This document shows positions 40,663-50,822 of a stretch of 64,000 nucleotides of DNA, one piece after another (the first letter of the stretch is position 1; the number at the start of each line of letters is the position of its first letter). This DNA is from Thermoplasmata archaeon (GTDB lineage: Archaea > Thermoplasmatota > Thermoplasmata > Lutacidiplasmatales > UBA184). The position numbers and the translations under genes are program-made. The DNA lies in contig DAHVCH010000011.1 of assembly GCA_027314165.1 (NCBI GenBank), forward strand, positions 1,990-65,989. The letters run 5' to 3'. The notes beneath the pieces were generated by a model, which was not told the origin of the DNA, searched no databases, and was given only the letters and a program-made list of their open reading frames with translations.

Positions 40663-41439
40663 ATGGCCCAGCCGGTCCCCGTCGCCTCGGACGGTTCCCC
40701 TCACCCCACCCGGGGCACGGAGGGGTTCGAGCGCGACGTGCGCGCGATGTTCGCGCACATCGCCGGTCAGTACGCGTTCTTCGACCACGTGGCGACCTTC
40801 GGACAGGACCTGGTCTGGCGGCCGAGGGCGCTCTGGGAGCTGGACCGCAGGCTCGACCGCCCTCCCCGGCAGGTGCTCGATCTCGGGTGCGGTCCGGGAG
40901 ACCTGACCTTCCTGCTCGCCCATCACTACCCCGGGGCCCGGGTGGTCGCCGCGGACTTCACGCGGGGGATGGTGGCGAGAGCGGAGAGGCTGCGTCGCGC
41001 GGGCCATGACGTGGACACGGCGGGGCCCGGCCGGGTCTCCTTCGGCGTGGCGGACGTCCTGAGGTTGCCCTTCCGCTCGGGGACCTTCGACGTCGTGACG
41101 AGCGCCTTCCTCATCCGGAACCTCCCGCAGCTGGTCATGGGCCTCGCCGAGATGCGCCGGGTCCTCCGACCGGGAGGGGTCTGCCTCGCCCTCGAGATCA
41201 CGGAGCCGGCCCCCGCCTGGTTCCGGCCGTTCTTCCACGCGTACTTCGACCGGGTGATGCCGAAACTGGGAGCCCTCTTCGGGACCGAGGGGCCCTACCG
41301 GTACCTCTCCGAGTCGCTCCGCCACTTCCCACCGCGGGAGGGGGTCGTCGAGGCTTTCGAGCACGCAGGGTTCCGGACGGCGGAGCCCTGTCCACAGTCG
41401 GCCGGGAGCGTCACGGCGTTCGTGGCCCGCGCGCCGTAG
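40663..41439 (+). CDS. UbiE/MenG-family methyltransferase
   Basis: VRAMFAHIA, LDLGCGPGD, RVLRPGG and YRYLSESL motifs. Confidence 0.87.
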   Translation: MAQPVPVASDGSPHPTRGTEGFERDVRAMFAHIAGQYAFFDHVATFGQDLVWRPRALWELDRRLDRPPRQVLDLGCGPGDLTFLLAHHYPGARVVAADFTRGMVARAERLRRAGHDVDTAGPGRVSFGVADVLRLPFRSGTFDVVTSAFLIRNLPQLVMGLAEMRRVLRPGGVCLALEITEPAPAWFRPFFHAYFDRVMPKLGALFGTEGPYRYLSESLRHFPPREGVVEAFEHAGFRTAEPCPQSAGSVTAFVARAP

Positions 41440-41521
41440 GCGGCCCGGGACGGCGCCCTCGACAGGAGCCTATCCAGCTCCGCCCAGCAAGCTTTAGACC
41501 CGCTTCCGCTCGGTGCGACCG

Positions 41522-42664
41522 ATGCCCGCGACCTCCCCCCCGTTCGATGCGTTCCGCTACGCGCACGACCGTGCCGACCAGATCGTCTGGATGAGCCAGA
41601 ACACCAACCACCTCTTCCCGACGGAGCCGGTCGAGAAGGCCATCGCCCAGGCGGTCAAGGAACGGCGGTACCAGGGCTACCCGTACGCCCCGGGGGACCC
41701 GAAGCTCAAGCAGCTCGTCCGGGACGACTTCGGTCTTCCCGACTGCGAGACCGGCATCGCTTCGGGAGGCACGGAAGCGCTCTACATGCTCGCCCGGGCG
41801 CTCCTCGGTCCGGGCGACGAGGTCATCTCGAGCGACCCGAGCTACCTCATCATCCACAAGTTCATCGAGCTCTCCGGAGCGAGGACGGTCAACCTCCCCC
41901 TCTACGCCCCGCCCTACCGTCTCACCCCGGACCGCGTGAACGAGGCCATCACCCCGAAGACGAAGATGATCATGCTCATCGACCCGCTGAACCCCCTGGG
42001 GAGCGGGTACCCCGAGGCGGACGTCAAGGGGATCGCGGAGATCGCGAAGGACCGCAAGCTGGTCCTCCTGAACGACACGACCTACCGCGACTTCTCCGAG
42101 CACCACACCCTCGCCCACCCCTACCACCCGGAGGGGACGGTGACCGTCTGGTCCGTCTCGAAGAACTGCGGGCTCGCCGGCGTCCGGCTGGGAGGGCTCC
42201 TCGCGCGCAAGGAGCTCTACGACCGGATCTGGAAGTACAACACCAACGACCTCGGCGTCAACGTGCTCGCCCAGGTGGCGGCGGTGGCCGCGCTCGAGGC
42301 GAAGCCCAAGGCGTTCCCGGCGGTGCTGAAGCAGACGCGGGAGAACCAGAGGCGGATCCACGAGGCCGTGAAGGGATGGAGCGGGGTCTCGCTCCCGTTG
42401 TACCCCTCCCAGGGGAACATGTTCGTCCTCGACATCGCCGAGCGCGGGGTCGAGCCCGAGGCGCTGCAGAAGGAGCTCCTGGTGAAGCACGGGGTCTTCC
42501 TCAGGGCCGGGAACTACCTCTCCCCGTCCTTCGGGAAGCGCTTCATCCGGGCGTCGTTCTCGAACCCACCGTCGGACATCGACCGGTTCCTGAAGGCGTT
42601 CCCGGTCGCGCTTGCGGCCACGGAGCCCACGGCGAAGGCCTCGGCCCCCGTGGCCGCCCGCTGA
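41522..42664 (+). CDS. PLP-dependent aminotransferase class I/II
   Basis: GGTEAL, PLNPLGS, DTTY and SVSKNCGLAGVRLG motifs. Confidence 0.9.
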   Translation: MPATSPPFDAFRYAHDRADQIVWMSQNTNHLFPTEPVEKAIAQAVKERRYQGYPYAPGDPKLKQLVRDDFGLPDCETGIASGGTEALYMLARALLGPGDEVISSDPSYLIIHKFIELSGARTVNLPLYAPPYRLTPDRVNEAITPKTKMIMLIDPLNPLGSGYPEADVKGIAEIAKDRKLVLLNDTTYRDFSEHHTLAHPYHPEGTVTVWSVSKNCGLAGVRLGGLLARKELYDRIWKYNTNDLGVNVLAQVAAVAALEAKPKAFPAVLKQTRENQRRIHEAVKGWSGVSLPLYPSQGNMFVLDIAERGVEPEALQKELLVKHGVFLRAGNYLSPSFGKRFIRASFSNPPSDIDRFLKAFPVALAATEPTAKASAPVAAR

Positions 42665-42673
42665 GAGGGCCCT

Positions 42674-44956
42674 TCAGGGATACACGGGCGGGCTTCCGTC
42701 CCAGGGAACGGGCGCCGCGCGCTCCGGCTCGGAGCCCGCGAGGGCTTGGGCTTCGGCGCCCGCCCGGTGCCTCCTCGAGACCAGCACGGCCGCCGCCACC
42801 CCCGCACCGGCGATCACCACGACGGCCACGAGCGCGTAGAGGCCGGGTCCGCCCGTGAGGGAGCCGTAGGGCGAAGGGCCGGTCTTCCCCCCGGGGGGGG
42901 ACGAGGTAGGAGGGACGGTCGAACTGGCTCCGACCACGAGGTTGAGCTTCGCCTGGAGGGTGGCCCCCGACGAGTCGTCGACCGTGGCGACCACCTGGAA
43001 CGTCCCGGGGCTGGTGTAGGTGTGGCCCTGCGACACCGAGGTCCCCGAGACCGCAAGCAGTCCGGTGGAAGCGCCGTCGCCGTAGTTCCACGCCACGCGG
43101 TAGGGAGCGGTCCCCCCCTTCACGGTGAGCGTGAACGTGGTGGAGAGCGGCGCGACGCCCTGGCCCGGGCTCGAGCCCAGGGTGGCGGCGAGCGGGCCGG
43201 GGGGCGCGTTGATGACGACCCATGCCGTCGCGCTGGTCGCGTTCGACCGCCCGTCCGTGACGGTGACCGAGGCGCCGTAGGTGCCGACGGTGTTGTACGT
43301 GTACGAGACGGTGGCCCCGGACGTGGCCTGCGTCGTCCCGTCGCCGAACGTCCAGGTGTACGGGCCGTAGGTGCCCGAGCCGCCGGAGGCGTTGGCGGTG
43401 AAGGTGATCGGAGCGGGCACGGTCCCGACGACGGCGCTCGCCAGGAGGGTGACACGGAGCGGATGCGAGATCCCCGCGACCGTCACGACGACCGGCGCGG
43501 AGCTTCCCGTCGCCCCCGCGCTGTCCGTGACCGACACCTTGGCGTCGAAGGTGCCCGCGGAGGTGTAGGTGTGCGAGACCGTGGCCGTCGTGGTGGTCGT
43601 GGCGGAACCGTCGCCGAAGGTCCACGCGTAGAGGGTGTAGGGGGGCGTTCCTCCGCTCACGCTCGCGTCGAGCGAGGTCGTGAACGGCGCCGTGCCGTTG
43701 GCCATCGGGAGCGAGAGGGACACGGAGAGGGCGGGTGGCGCTCCGCTGGAGACGGTCACCGTCCCGTTCGTCGAGTGGCCCACGACGCCCAGCGAGTCGT
43801 TGACCGCGGCGTCCACGGTGTAGGTCCCCACCGAGGCGTAGGTGTGGGTCGCCGTGGGGGAGAGGGACCGGCTGGAGGTGCCGTCACCCCAGAAGAAGCG
43901 GTAGGAGGGATAGACGGTGGAGCCCCCGGTGGCCACGACGCTCGCCGCGACCGTGAGCGGGGCGCTCCCGGAGGTGGGGGAGAGGGTCAGGGCGACCAGC
44001 GGGCGGTCCACGCCGCTGCCGCCCTGGGTCGTCGCGAGGATGTGGATGAACCGGTAGGCGTAGGCGCCTCCCAGGGTCCAGTTCGCCCCGAAGTGCGAGT
44101 TGGTGTGCGCGGCCACGTCCCCGTTCCCGACGTAGACCGCGATGTGGTCCCAGGTGCCGTCCGGGGGGTTCCACTCGTAGTTGATCATGTCCCCGGCCTC
44201 CATCGTCTGGACCCCGTAGACCTGGATCCCCCACCCGTTGTTCAGGAACATGTCCCCGAGCGCCGGAGCGGAGGGTTCGCCGTAGGTCGGGGGGACGCGC
44301 GAAGGGATGTTGATCCCGCCGCCCGCCTGGTGGGGCTCGTTGCCGTCCACGGAGCTCACGAAGTGCGCGCAATCGTCGCCGGAGAGCCCGACGACACTGG
44401 TGCCCTGAGGGTAGGAGACGTAGGTGCCGCCGCTGTTCCAGAAGTACCCGTCGCTGGTGACGACGTTCCAGTACTCCGCCGCGTAGGAGAGCGCCGCCGC
44501 CCGGTCGAACGCGATGGTCTTGCCGGTGAGGTTGGTGAGCCAGGCGGTGCCGTTGGACCCCTCGGCCGACCAGCCGGTGAAGTTGTTGTCCCAGGAGACC
44601 TCCCACCACACGTACCCGTTGGCGAGTGCGCTCCCGGCGACGATGCGTCCCTGCTCGTACTGTTGCTCCACGGTGAAGATCGTGGCGGACTGCGAGGGGG
44701 CCTGCCGGCAGTTCAGCGTCCCGGAGGCGACTTCCACCTGGTCGTTCACCGCGAGCCCGAAGGCGGAGCCCGAGGAGAGGTGGGCCCCGACGCCGCTCAT
44801 GGACAGGGTCGCGGCGTGAGCGAGCGCGGCGTGGGGGAGCGGGGCGGTCGGGCCGCCGGCCGAGATCGCCACGCCCGGGCCCGGGAGGACCGAGACGAGG
44901 GCTGCGAACAGCAGCACGGACGCCGCAACCCCGAACCGGGACGGGCTCGATCTCAT
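42674..44956 (-). CDS. Secreted membrane-anchored protein: signal peptide, SH3b-like, Amidase_6/NlpC-P60-like, 4 PKD, TM
   Basis: LNCRQAPS...WWEVSW...TGW; FDRAAALSYA...DCAHFVS...GD...HIAVYVG...AAHT; four W(x)GDG..[HY]TY repeats; C-terminal TM with RRHR. Confidence 0.82.
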   Translation of the reverse strand: MRSSPSRFGVAASVLLFAALVSVLPGPGVAISAGGPTAPLPHAALAHAATLSMSGVGAHLSSGSAFGLAVNDQVEVASGTLNCRQAPSQSATIFTVEQQYEQGRIVAGSALANGYVWWEVSWDNNFTGWSAEGSNGTAWLTNLTGKTIAFDRAAALSYAAEYWNVVTSDGYFWNSGGTYVSYPQGTSVVGLSGDDCAHFVSSVDGNEPHQAGGGINIPSRVPPTYGEPSAPALGDMFLNNGWGIQVYGVQTMEAGDMINYEWNPPDGTWDHIAVYVGNGDVAAHTNSHFGANWTLGGAYAYRFIHILATTQGGSGVDRPLVALTLSPTSGSAPLTVAASVVATGGSTVYPSYRFFWGDGTSSRSLSPTATHTYASVGTYTVDAAVNDSLGVVGHSTNGTVTVSSGAPPALSVSLSLPMANGTAPFTTSLDASVSGGTPPYTLYAWTFGDGSATTTTTATVSHTYTSAGTFDAKVSVTDSAGATGSSAPVVVTVAGISHPLRVTLLASAVVGTVPAPITFTANASGGSGTYGPYTWTFGDGTTQATSGATVSYTYNTVGTYGASVTVTDGRSNATSATAWVVINAPPGPLAATLGSSPGQGVAPLSTTFTLTVKGGTAPYRVAWNYGDGASTGLLAVSGTSVSQGHTYTSPGTFQVVATVDDSSGATLQAKLNLVVGASSTVPPTSSPPGGKTGPSPYGSLTGGPGLYALVAVVVIAGAGVAAAVLVSRRHRAGAEAQALAGSEPERAAPVPWDGSPPVYP

Positions 44957-45122
44957 GGAACCTGCGGTCCGCTCCGGCGGGCGGGGGGGCCGCGTACGAG
45001 GGCGAATGCGTGGCCTCATCCTTTATAGGTTGGGGAAGAGCGAACGACCGGGCCCGGTTCTCCGAGAGAGAATTACGTCATCAAGACGGACCTTTATTAC
45101 CCCGTCAAAGGTCCAGCGCGTC

Positions 45123-48095
45123 ATGCTTCGCCGTGTCGCACGCGTCCTGAGAGAGACCCCCCTGTCCGCGGCCCTTCTGCTCCTCGTGGCCCTTCTTCTG
45201 CTCCCCGGAGGGGCCCTAGGCTCCGGGCACTTCGGGACCTCGACGCCGACGGCACTCCCGGTACGGGCCTCTGCGGCCGTGCCCGCCGCCCACGCGATCC
45301 CCGCCGTCTACGGGACGACGAGCGTCACCACCTCGGACGCGAAGGTCGCGAACAACCTCGCGATGAACTTCTCGATGGCCTTCCCCACCGCCATCGCGCT
45401 CTCGGCCGGGCAGGACATCAACGTGACGCTCCAGGAGCTCGTGGGGATCAACATCGCGGCCCGCGACATCTCGGAGGCGTCCATCGGCTTCTGGGCCCAC
45501 TACGACGCGGGGAGCTCCACCACGATGGTCTGGCCCGTGGCCATCTTCGGCAACCGCACGGTGACCCACACCGTCGTGGACACCGCGATCTCGCTCACGA
45601 CCCCCGGGACCCTCGTGTTCCGATTGTCCCACGCCCACGGGTACTGGTGGACGTTCTCGACCAACGGTGGCCAGGCCATCGGCTCGGGCGTCCCCGCCTG
45701 GCAGAACGGCACCTACATGCTGAACTCCTCCTCGGCCCTCGGGTACTACTCCCTCGGCTCCCGCTTCACCTTGGCCCCCACCCTCTTCATGAACGAGTCC
45801 GGGCCCTCGCTCCCCATCGCCAGCACGCAGTTCCAGGGCGTCCTGTCCCCCGCGATGCAGTTCAACACCACGACCGTCAGCTACCCGCCGGTGAACGGGC
45901 TCTACCAGGCGCCCAGCACCGCCGGCTACGCGGTCCCGATGGCGGGCTACGACCAGTGCTACGTCTCCGGCTGCCCCTGGAAGGTGGGGAACGACACGGT
46001 GCTCGTGAACTTCCCGAGCCCGGTGCCCTCGGTCACCGCGAACGGGGCCACCCTGTGGGGCGTTCCCCCGCCCCCGCCGGTGAGCTTCCACACCTGGCTC
46101 GGCGCGGAGACCGTCGACCCCAGCTTCATGAACGTCACCGGCGAGCAGATCACGCTCTCGCCCGTCCCCTCGGCGATCCCACCGGGCGGGCTCTTCGCCG
46201 CGCACGAGGCCGCGCTCCCGATCAACGGGACCGACGAGATGTACATCGGGTTCGTGGACGCGAACGTCACCTTCGGGACGCTCGCCTACCAGGGCGTCTA
46301 TCCGTTCTACGCGCTCAGCACCTACAACAGCGGGACCTTCGGCATCGACCTGACCCCGCTCGCGGCCGGGACCCAGCACACGATGTCCATCCAGCACACC
46401 AGCGGCTGGTGGTGGACGGTGCGGCTCGACGGTGGCACCTCGAGCTGGTGCACCGGCATCACCAGCTGCACGGGCAACGGCACGATCCTGCTCAACGCTT
46501 CGACGGCGTGGGGCGAGACGAACATGACCTTCAACGCGGCACCCGGTGGCCGGATCGGCACGGCCGGGTTCTTCGTGCCCATCCCGTACTCGAACCAGCC
46601 GCTCCTGGCCTACTTCGGGAACATGTCGACCTACTCGGTCACGACCTCCATCCAGCTGGACTCCCGCAGCGGGGTCTGGGGCACACCGTTCCTCGGGAAC
46701 GCCTGGAGCTGGGACACCAAGAGCTCCAAGGACGTCCTCGTCGGGAACACCCAGGAACCCTGGGCCATCCCCCCGGGGAGCGTGCTGGTGGAGAACGCCA
46801 CCGCGGCCTACCCCGCCCCCCTGTCCAACACCACCGTGGGCGGCTCGCCCAACCCCTTGTGGATCGGGACGTCGGTGACGGCGGTCGCCACCCCCACCAC
46901 CGTCGCCTCGGGCGGCGGCACCACCACCCTCGCCATCTCCGTCAGCTCCGGCGGGTCGGCGATCTCCAACGCGGTCGTGAACGTCACGGACATCGACGCC
47001 CAGCAGTACGGCCACTGCTCGTCGATCTTCCAGCCCACGGGGACCGCGGGCGACTACTCCGGCACCTGCTGGTTCAACGCCTCGGTCCCGATCCTCCTCA
47101 CGGCCCACCTCCAGGTCACCGTGACCCCGGTCTCGGGCGCGGTGGGCACGACCGTCGTCGTGATCGTCCTGACCCCTCCGCTCACCGTCTCGGCGCTCAT
47201 CGCGGGCACCCCGAGCGGCAGCACGGTCCAGGCCGGTGCGGCGCTCACGGTGGAAGTGTGGACGAACGTCTCGGGAGCCGGTGTCGCGAACGCCTTCCCG
47301 CTGCTGGCCCTGACCCCGGTGGGAGAGGGGCAGATCGGGCCCAACACCACCACGAGCATCGGGTTCTACAGCATCCCGCTCACCATCGCCTCGAACCCCG
47401 CCAGCGCGACGGCGACGCTCACGATCGCCGCCACGGGCGGGGCGGGTGCAGGGTTCGGGGTCGCCACCGCGGCGCCGATCCTGCTCAACATCAACCTGCC
47501 TAAGGCGACGGTGAGCCCGGTGTGGATCTCCGGCAGCGGCCCGTCGTCGATCGCCGCAGGCGCGACGGTGACCTTCTCCGTGAACGTCTCCTCGGGCTCC
47601 GGTCCGATCGTCGGGGCCTTCGTCCACTTCGGGGTCACCTGCAACGGCGGGACCAACTGCACGAGCCAGTTCCCCACGGTGACCGCGCCGTCGGCGACGA
47701 ACGCCCAGGGCGCATCCTCCTGGACCGTGACGGCACCGGCGACCCTTGCGCAGGCCACGACCTTCACGGTCACGGCCACGACGACGCCCAAGGGGTACGC
47801 CTCCGCCTCGGGCGCCGCGCTCCCGGTCACCGTCCAGCCGCCGGGGTCGCCGAACAACAACAACGCGAACAACTCGGGGTCGAGCCCGCTGCTCCTCTAC
47901 GCCATCGTGGGCGTGGTCGTGGTCGCCGTGGTGGCCGTGCTCGCGCTGCTCCTGATGCGGAAGAAGAAGTCCTCGCCTCCCGCCTCGTCCGCCCCGCAGG
48001 GCGGCATGGAGAGCTGGAGCCCGTCGCCGGAGGGCGAAGGGGCGGGCGCGAACGCCGGCGCCGAGCCCCCCGCGGGCCCCTCCGGGTCCGGCTGA
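45123..48095 (+). CDS. Large surface (glyco)protein with duplicated N-terminal beta domain, Ig-like stalk and C-terminal TM anchor
   Basis: Signal peptide, S/T-rich sequence, many N-x-S/T sequons, TM followed by RKKK. Confidence 0.8.
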   Translation: MLRRVARVLRETPLSAALLLLVALLLLPGGALGSGHFGTSTPTALPVRASAAVPAAHAIPAVYGTTSVTTSDAKVANNLAMNFSMAFPTAIALSAGQDINVTLQELVGINIAARDISEASIGFWAHYDAGSSTTMVWPVAIFGNRTVTHTVVDTAISLTTPGTLVFRLSHAHGYWWTFSTNGGQAIGSGVPAWQNGTYMLNSSSALGYYSLGSRFTLAPTLFMNESGPSLPIASTQFQGVLSPAMQFNTTTVSYPPVNGLYQAPSTAGYAVPMAGYDQCYVSGCPWKVGNDTVLVNFPSPVPSVTANGATLWGVPPPPPVSFHTWLGAETVDPSFMNVTGEQITLSPVPSAIPPGGLFAAHEAALPINGTDEMYIGFVDANVTFGTLAYQGVYPFYALSTYNSGTFGIDLTPLAAGTQHTMSIQHTSGWWWTVRLDGGTSSWCTGITSCTGNGTILLNASTAWGETNMTFNAAPGGRIGTAGFFVPIPYSNQPLLAYFGNMSTYSVTTSIQLDSRSGVWGTPFLGNAWSWDTKSSKDVLVGNTQEPWAIPPGSVLVENATAAYPAPLSNTTVGGSPNPLWIGTSVTAVATPTTVASGGGTTTLAISVSSGGSAISNAVVNVTDIDAQQYGHCSSIFQPTGTAGDYSGTCWFNASVPILLTAHLQVTVTPVSGAVGTTVVVIVLTPPLTVSALIAGTPSGSTVQAGAALTVEVWTNVSGAGVANAFPLLALTPVGEGQIGPNTTTSIGFYSIPLTIASNPASATATLTIAATGGAGAGFGVATAAPILLNINLPKATVSPVWISGSGPSSIAAGATVTFSVNVSSGSGPIVGAFVHFGVTCNGGTNCTSQFPTVTAPSATNAQGASSWTVTAPATLAQATTFTVTATTTPKGYASASGAALPVTVQPPGSPNNNNANNSGSSPLLLYAIVGVVVVAVVAVLALLLMRKKKSSPPASSAPQGGMESWSPSPEGEGAGANAGAEPPAGPSGSG

Positions 48096-48124
48096 GCTCC
48101 TTCGCGAGGGCCCGTGAGGGCCCT

Positions 48125-49030
48125 TTAGCCCCTCGCGGAGGAAGGCGCGGCGGCGGCTGCCGCAGCCCCCGGCGGCGGCGGTCGGACGCGGGCGTCGACC
48201 ACGGCGTGCGTCCGGGCCGGTCCGTAGGGTTTCACGCGCCTCGGATGGGACTCGAGGACCTCCCCGCCTGAGGCCAGGACCGCGCGCGCGACCTCCTCCC
48301 GGGCCTCCTGCGCCCAGCTCTTGGGCGAGGAGACCACCAGATGCACGTGCATCCAGCCGCCGCTCCCGTCGAGCAGCTCGAGCGCCCGGGGAACGAACGG
48401 CAGGCTCGAGGGCAGGTAGCCCAGGAATATCCGGTCGAACGCCCCGAGGGGAAGCGCGACGGTGCGGTTGTCACCGAGATGGGGGACAACAATCCCTTCG
48501 ACCCTGTTGGCCCGGACGTTCTCCAGCAGGTAGGCGTGGGACCGGGGGTTCTTCTCCACCGCGTGGACGACCTGGGGGTGCCCGAACTTCGCCGCGGGGA
48601 GGGTGAAGTACCCGATCCCGGCGAAGAGGTCCGCCACGCGCTCCCCCGGACGGACGAGCTCCCCCGCCCTCCTCCGCTCCGAGCGGTTCCCCGCCGCGAA
48701 CATGATGGCCGCCGCGTCGAGGTGCCAGAGGATCCCCTCCTCCTGGTGGACGGTCTCGGTGCGCTCCCCGGCGAGGAGGCGGAGCCGGGGCCGCCGGAGC
48801 TCCCCCTCCACGCCGCCCTCGAACCCGAGGACGGTCTCGACGCCCATCTCCTCGCGGTAGAGCTCCCCCACCCTCGGCCCGAACGGGCTCAGCGAGCTGG
48901 GGAGCCGTAGGAGGAGGACCTTCCCCAGCCGCTGGTAGCCCCGGGGGAGGTCCGTGGCCGCGCGCCCCGCAAGGGGGCGCAGGCGATCACGGACCCGTTC
49001 CGCGGGGGGTCGGGACTGTCGTGTCGGCAC
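48125..49030 (-). CDS. Trm5/Tyw2 (Met-10+) family tRNA-modifying SAM enzyme
   Basis: MFAAGNRSER, DLFAGIGYF, EKNP and DRIFLGY motifs. Confidence 0.87.
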   Translation of the reverse strand: MPTRQSRPPAERVRDRLRPLAGRAATDLPRGYQRLGKVLLLRLPSSLSPFGPRVGELYREEMGVETVLGFEGGVEGELRRPRLRLLAGERTETVHQEEGILWHLDAAAIMFAAGNRSERRRAGELVRPGERVADLFAGIGYFTLPAAKFGHPQVVHAVEKNPRSHAYLLENVRANRVEGIVVPHLGDNRTVALPLGAFDRIFLGYLPSSLPFVPRALELLDGSGGWMHVHLVVSSPKSWAQEAREEVARAVLASGGEVLESHPRRVKPYGPARTHAVVDARVRPPPPGAAAAAAAPSSARG

Positions 49031-49760
49031 GTTCGAGCATGATGTCCAGGAATTGCTTGAGGTGTTCGGCCAGGATCGGGTTGTCGGTGAACCCGCACGC
49101 CTCCAGGCCGGGAGAGGCGAGGAGCGCGTGCTCCCCGTCGACCAGGAGGTCCGTGGCGAGGATGTGCTGGCGCGCCACGTGCCGGCACCCTTCGGGGATC
49201 TTCTGGGCGGGAGCGGTGATGAACGTGATCTCGACGCCCCTCTTCACCGCGCTCTGGATGCGCTTGCCGAGCTCCTCCCTGAGGTCCGCCACCTGGGGCG
49301 TCGTGACGATGACGGTCCTCGTGGACCGGTCCAGGAACTCGCCCACCTTGGTGAGGACCTTCTGCCGCCCGTAGAGGAGGTAGACCAGCTGGGGCTCGCC
49401 CTGCTCCCCCACCATCCGGTGGAGGTCCTGGAGCCGACCGAAGACCTCCTGGACGTCCCCCTTCAGCCGCTCGGCCACCTTCTCGGGGGGGTAGGGCTTG
49501 AAGAGCGTCGGCTTGCCCCCGGAGGAGTACGCGTAGCCCTTCTGGCAGAGCGCTTCCAGGACCTTGTACGCGCTGGTCCGGGGGATCTGCGCCGTGCTCG
49601 CGAGCGTGGCGGCGTCGCCGTAGCCGCGGGTCACGAGGGCCATGTAGGCCCGGGATTCGTAGTGGGTGAGCCCGACCCGCTCGAGGATCTCGACCGCCCT
49701 TCGGTATTCGGACGTCTGGTCGTTGCCCAGGGAGGCGACCAGCTCGTCGGGGCCTGGCAT
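48987..49760 (-). CDS. TrmB-family transcriptional regulator
   Basis: GLTHYESRAYMAL...IPRTSAYKVL...KG. Confidence 0.9.
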   Translation of the reverse strand: MPGPDELVASLGNDQTSEYRRAVEILERVGLTHYESRAYMALVTRGYGDAATLASTAQIPRTSAYKVLEALCQKGYAYSSGGKPTLFKPYPPEKVAERLKGDVQEVFGRLQDLHRMVGEQGEPQLVYLLYGRQKVLTKVGEFLDRSTRTVIVTTPQVADLREELGKRIQSAVKRGVEITFITAPAQKIPEGCRHVARQHILATDLLVDGEHALLASPGLEACGFTDNPILAEHLKQFLDIMLERADTTVPTPRGTGP

Positions 49761-49850
49761 CCGCCGACCTCAAATAGGCTCGACCTAAATCGTTGAGGGG
49801 CCGCCGCCGTTCCCTGCCTCGGGGGCGATTTATCCATTGACGTACTGAGG

Positions 49851-50795
49851 ATGCCGATGGTGGAGGGCATCTTCCGCCCGGGCCCAGCTCTCCCGGGCCG
49901 GCGTAGCGACTTTGTCGCGACCGCCACGGACCGTACCCTCCTCGTCGTCGGAGGATGCCTTTCCCCCCGCGAGCCCGTCCGGGACACGTGGGTCCTCGAC
50001 CTCGCGACGGAGAAGTGGAGGACGGGACCGCCCATCCCGGAACCCCGAGAGGGGATCGCTTGGGCGCGCGACAAGGACTGGCTCCTGGCCGCGGGCGGGT
50101 ACCTGCCGACCTCCGACATCGCGGGCATGGTCGACGCGCTCCACCTCCACGAGGAGCGCTGGGAGGCCCGTCAACCGCTCCCGCACGCCACGGCCTGGGG
50201 AAGGGGAGCGCTCGTGGGAGGCGCGCTCCATCTCGCCGGAGGGTTCCGGATCGATCCCCGGAGCGCGGACGCGGCGATCCCGGACCACCTCCAGGGCTCC
50301 CTGGAGGGAGGGAAGCTCGTCCACTGGCGCGACGCCCCGCCGCTCCCGCTGGGCGTGGCCGACGGGACGTTCGCCCCTCTCCCCGGAGGGGAGAAGATCG
50401 TCTGGTCCGGAGGAGCGCTCGGGGTGGGCGCGTGGAGGAGGGAGCACCTCTTCTCCCAGCCCGTGACCGGGGTCACCTTCGCCTTCGACACCTTCCACCA
50501 GACCTGGCAGCGGCTCCCGGAGCTCCCGGTCCCCCGGCGGGCCCACCGTGCGCTCGCGCTGAAGGAGGGCGTCCTCGTCGCGGGAGGAGTGGACGACGAG
50601 ACCACCGCGCTCTCCAGCGTCTTCCTTCTCAGCCCCGACGGGTTCTGGAACGAGCTCGAGTCCCTCCCGGACCCGCGCTACCACTTCGGGCTGGTCGAGG
50701 TGGGCGACGAGATCTGGGTGCTGGGAGGGAACTACCTCGAGGGCGAGGCCCCGCCCACCCTCCGGGTGGCGAAGAAGGACTGGCTCCGCGCGTGA
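49851..50795 (+). CDS. Kelch-repeat protein
   Basis: Repeated hhhGG...W...LP.PR units. Confidence 0.8.
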   Translation: MPMVEGIFRPGPALPGRRSDFVATATDRTLLVVGGCLSPREPVRDTWVLDLATEKWRTGPPIPEPREGIAWARDKDWLLAAGGYLPTSDIAGMVDALHLHEERWEARQPLPHATAWGRGALVGGALHLAGGFRIDPRSADAAIPDHLQGSLEGGKLVHWRDAPPLPLGVADGTFAPLPGGEKIVWSGGALGVGAWRREHLFSQPVTGVTFAFDTFHQTWQRLPELPVPRRAHRALALKEGVLVAGGVDDETTALSSVFLLSPDGFWNELESLPDPRYHFGLVEVGDEIWVLGGNYLEGEAPPTLRVAKKDWLRA

Positions 50796-50822
50796 GGGGC
50801 CCGAAGGGCCGCGCTCGCGCGT

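Noticed and set aside
42930..44000. Repeated DNA segments as a CRISPR or tandem array
   Set aside because: They are degenerate PKD-coding repeats; no CRISPR array or cas gene is seen in the window.
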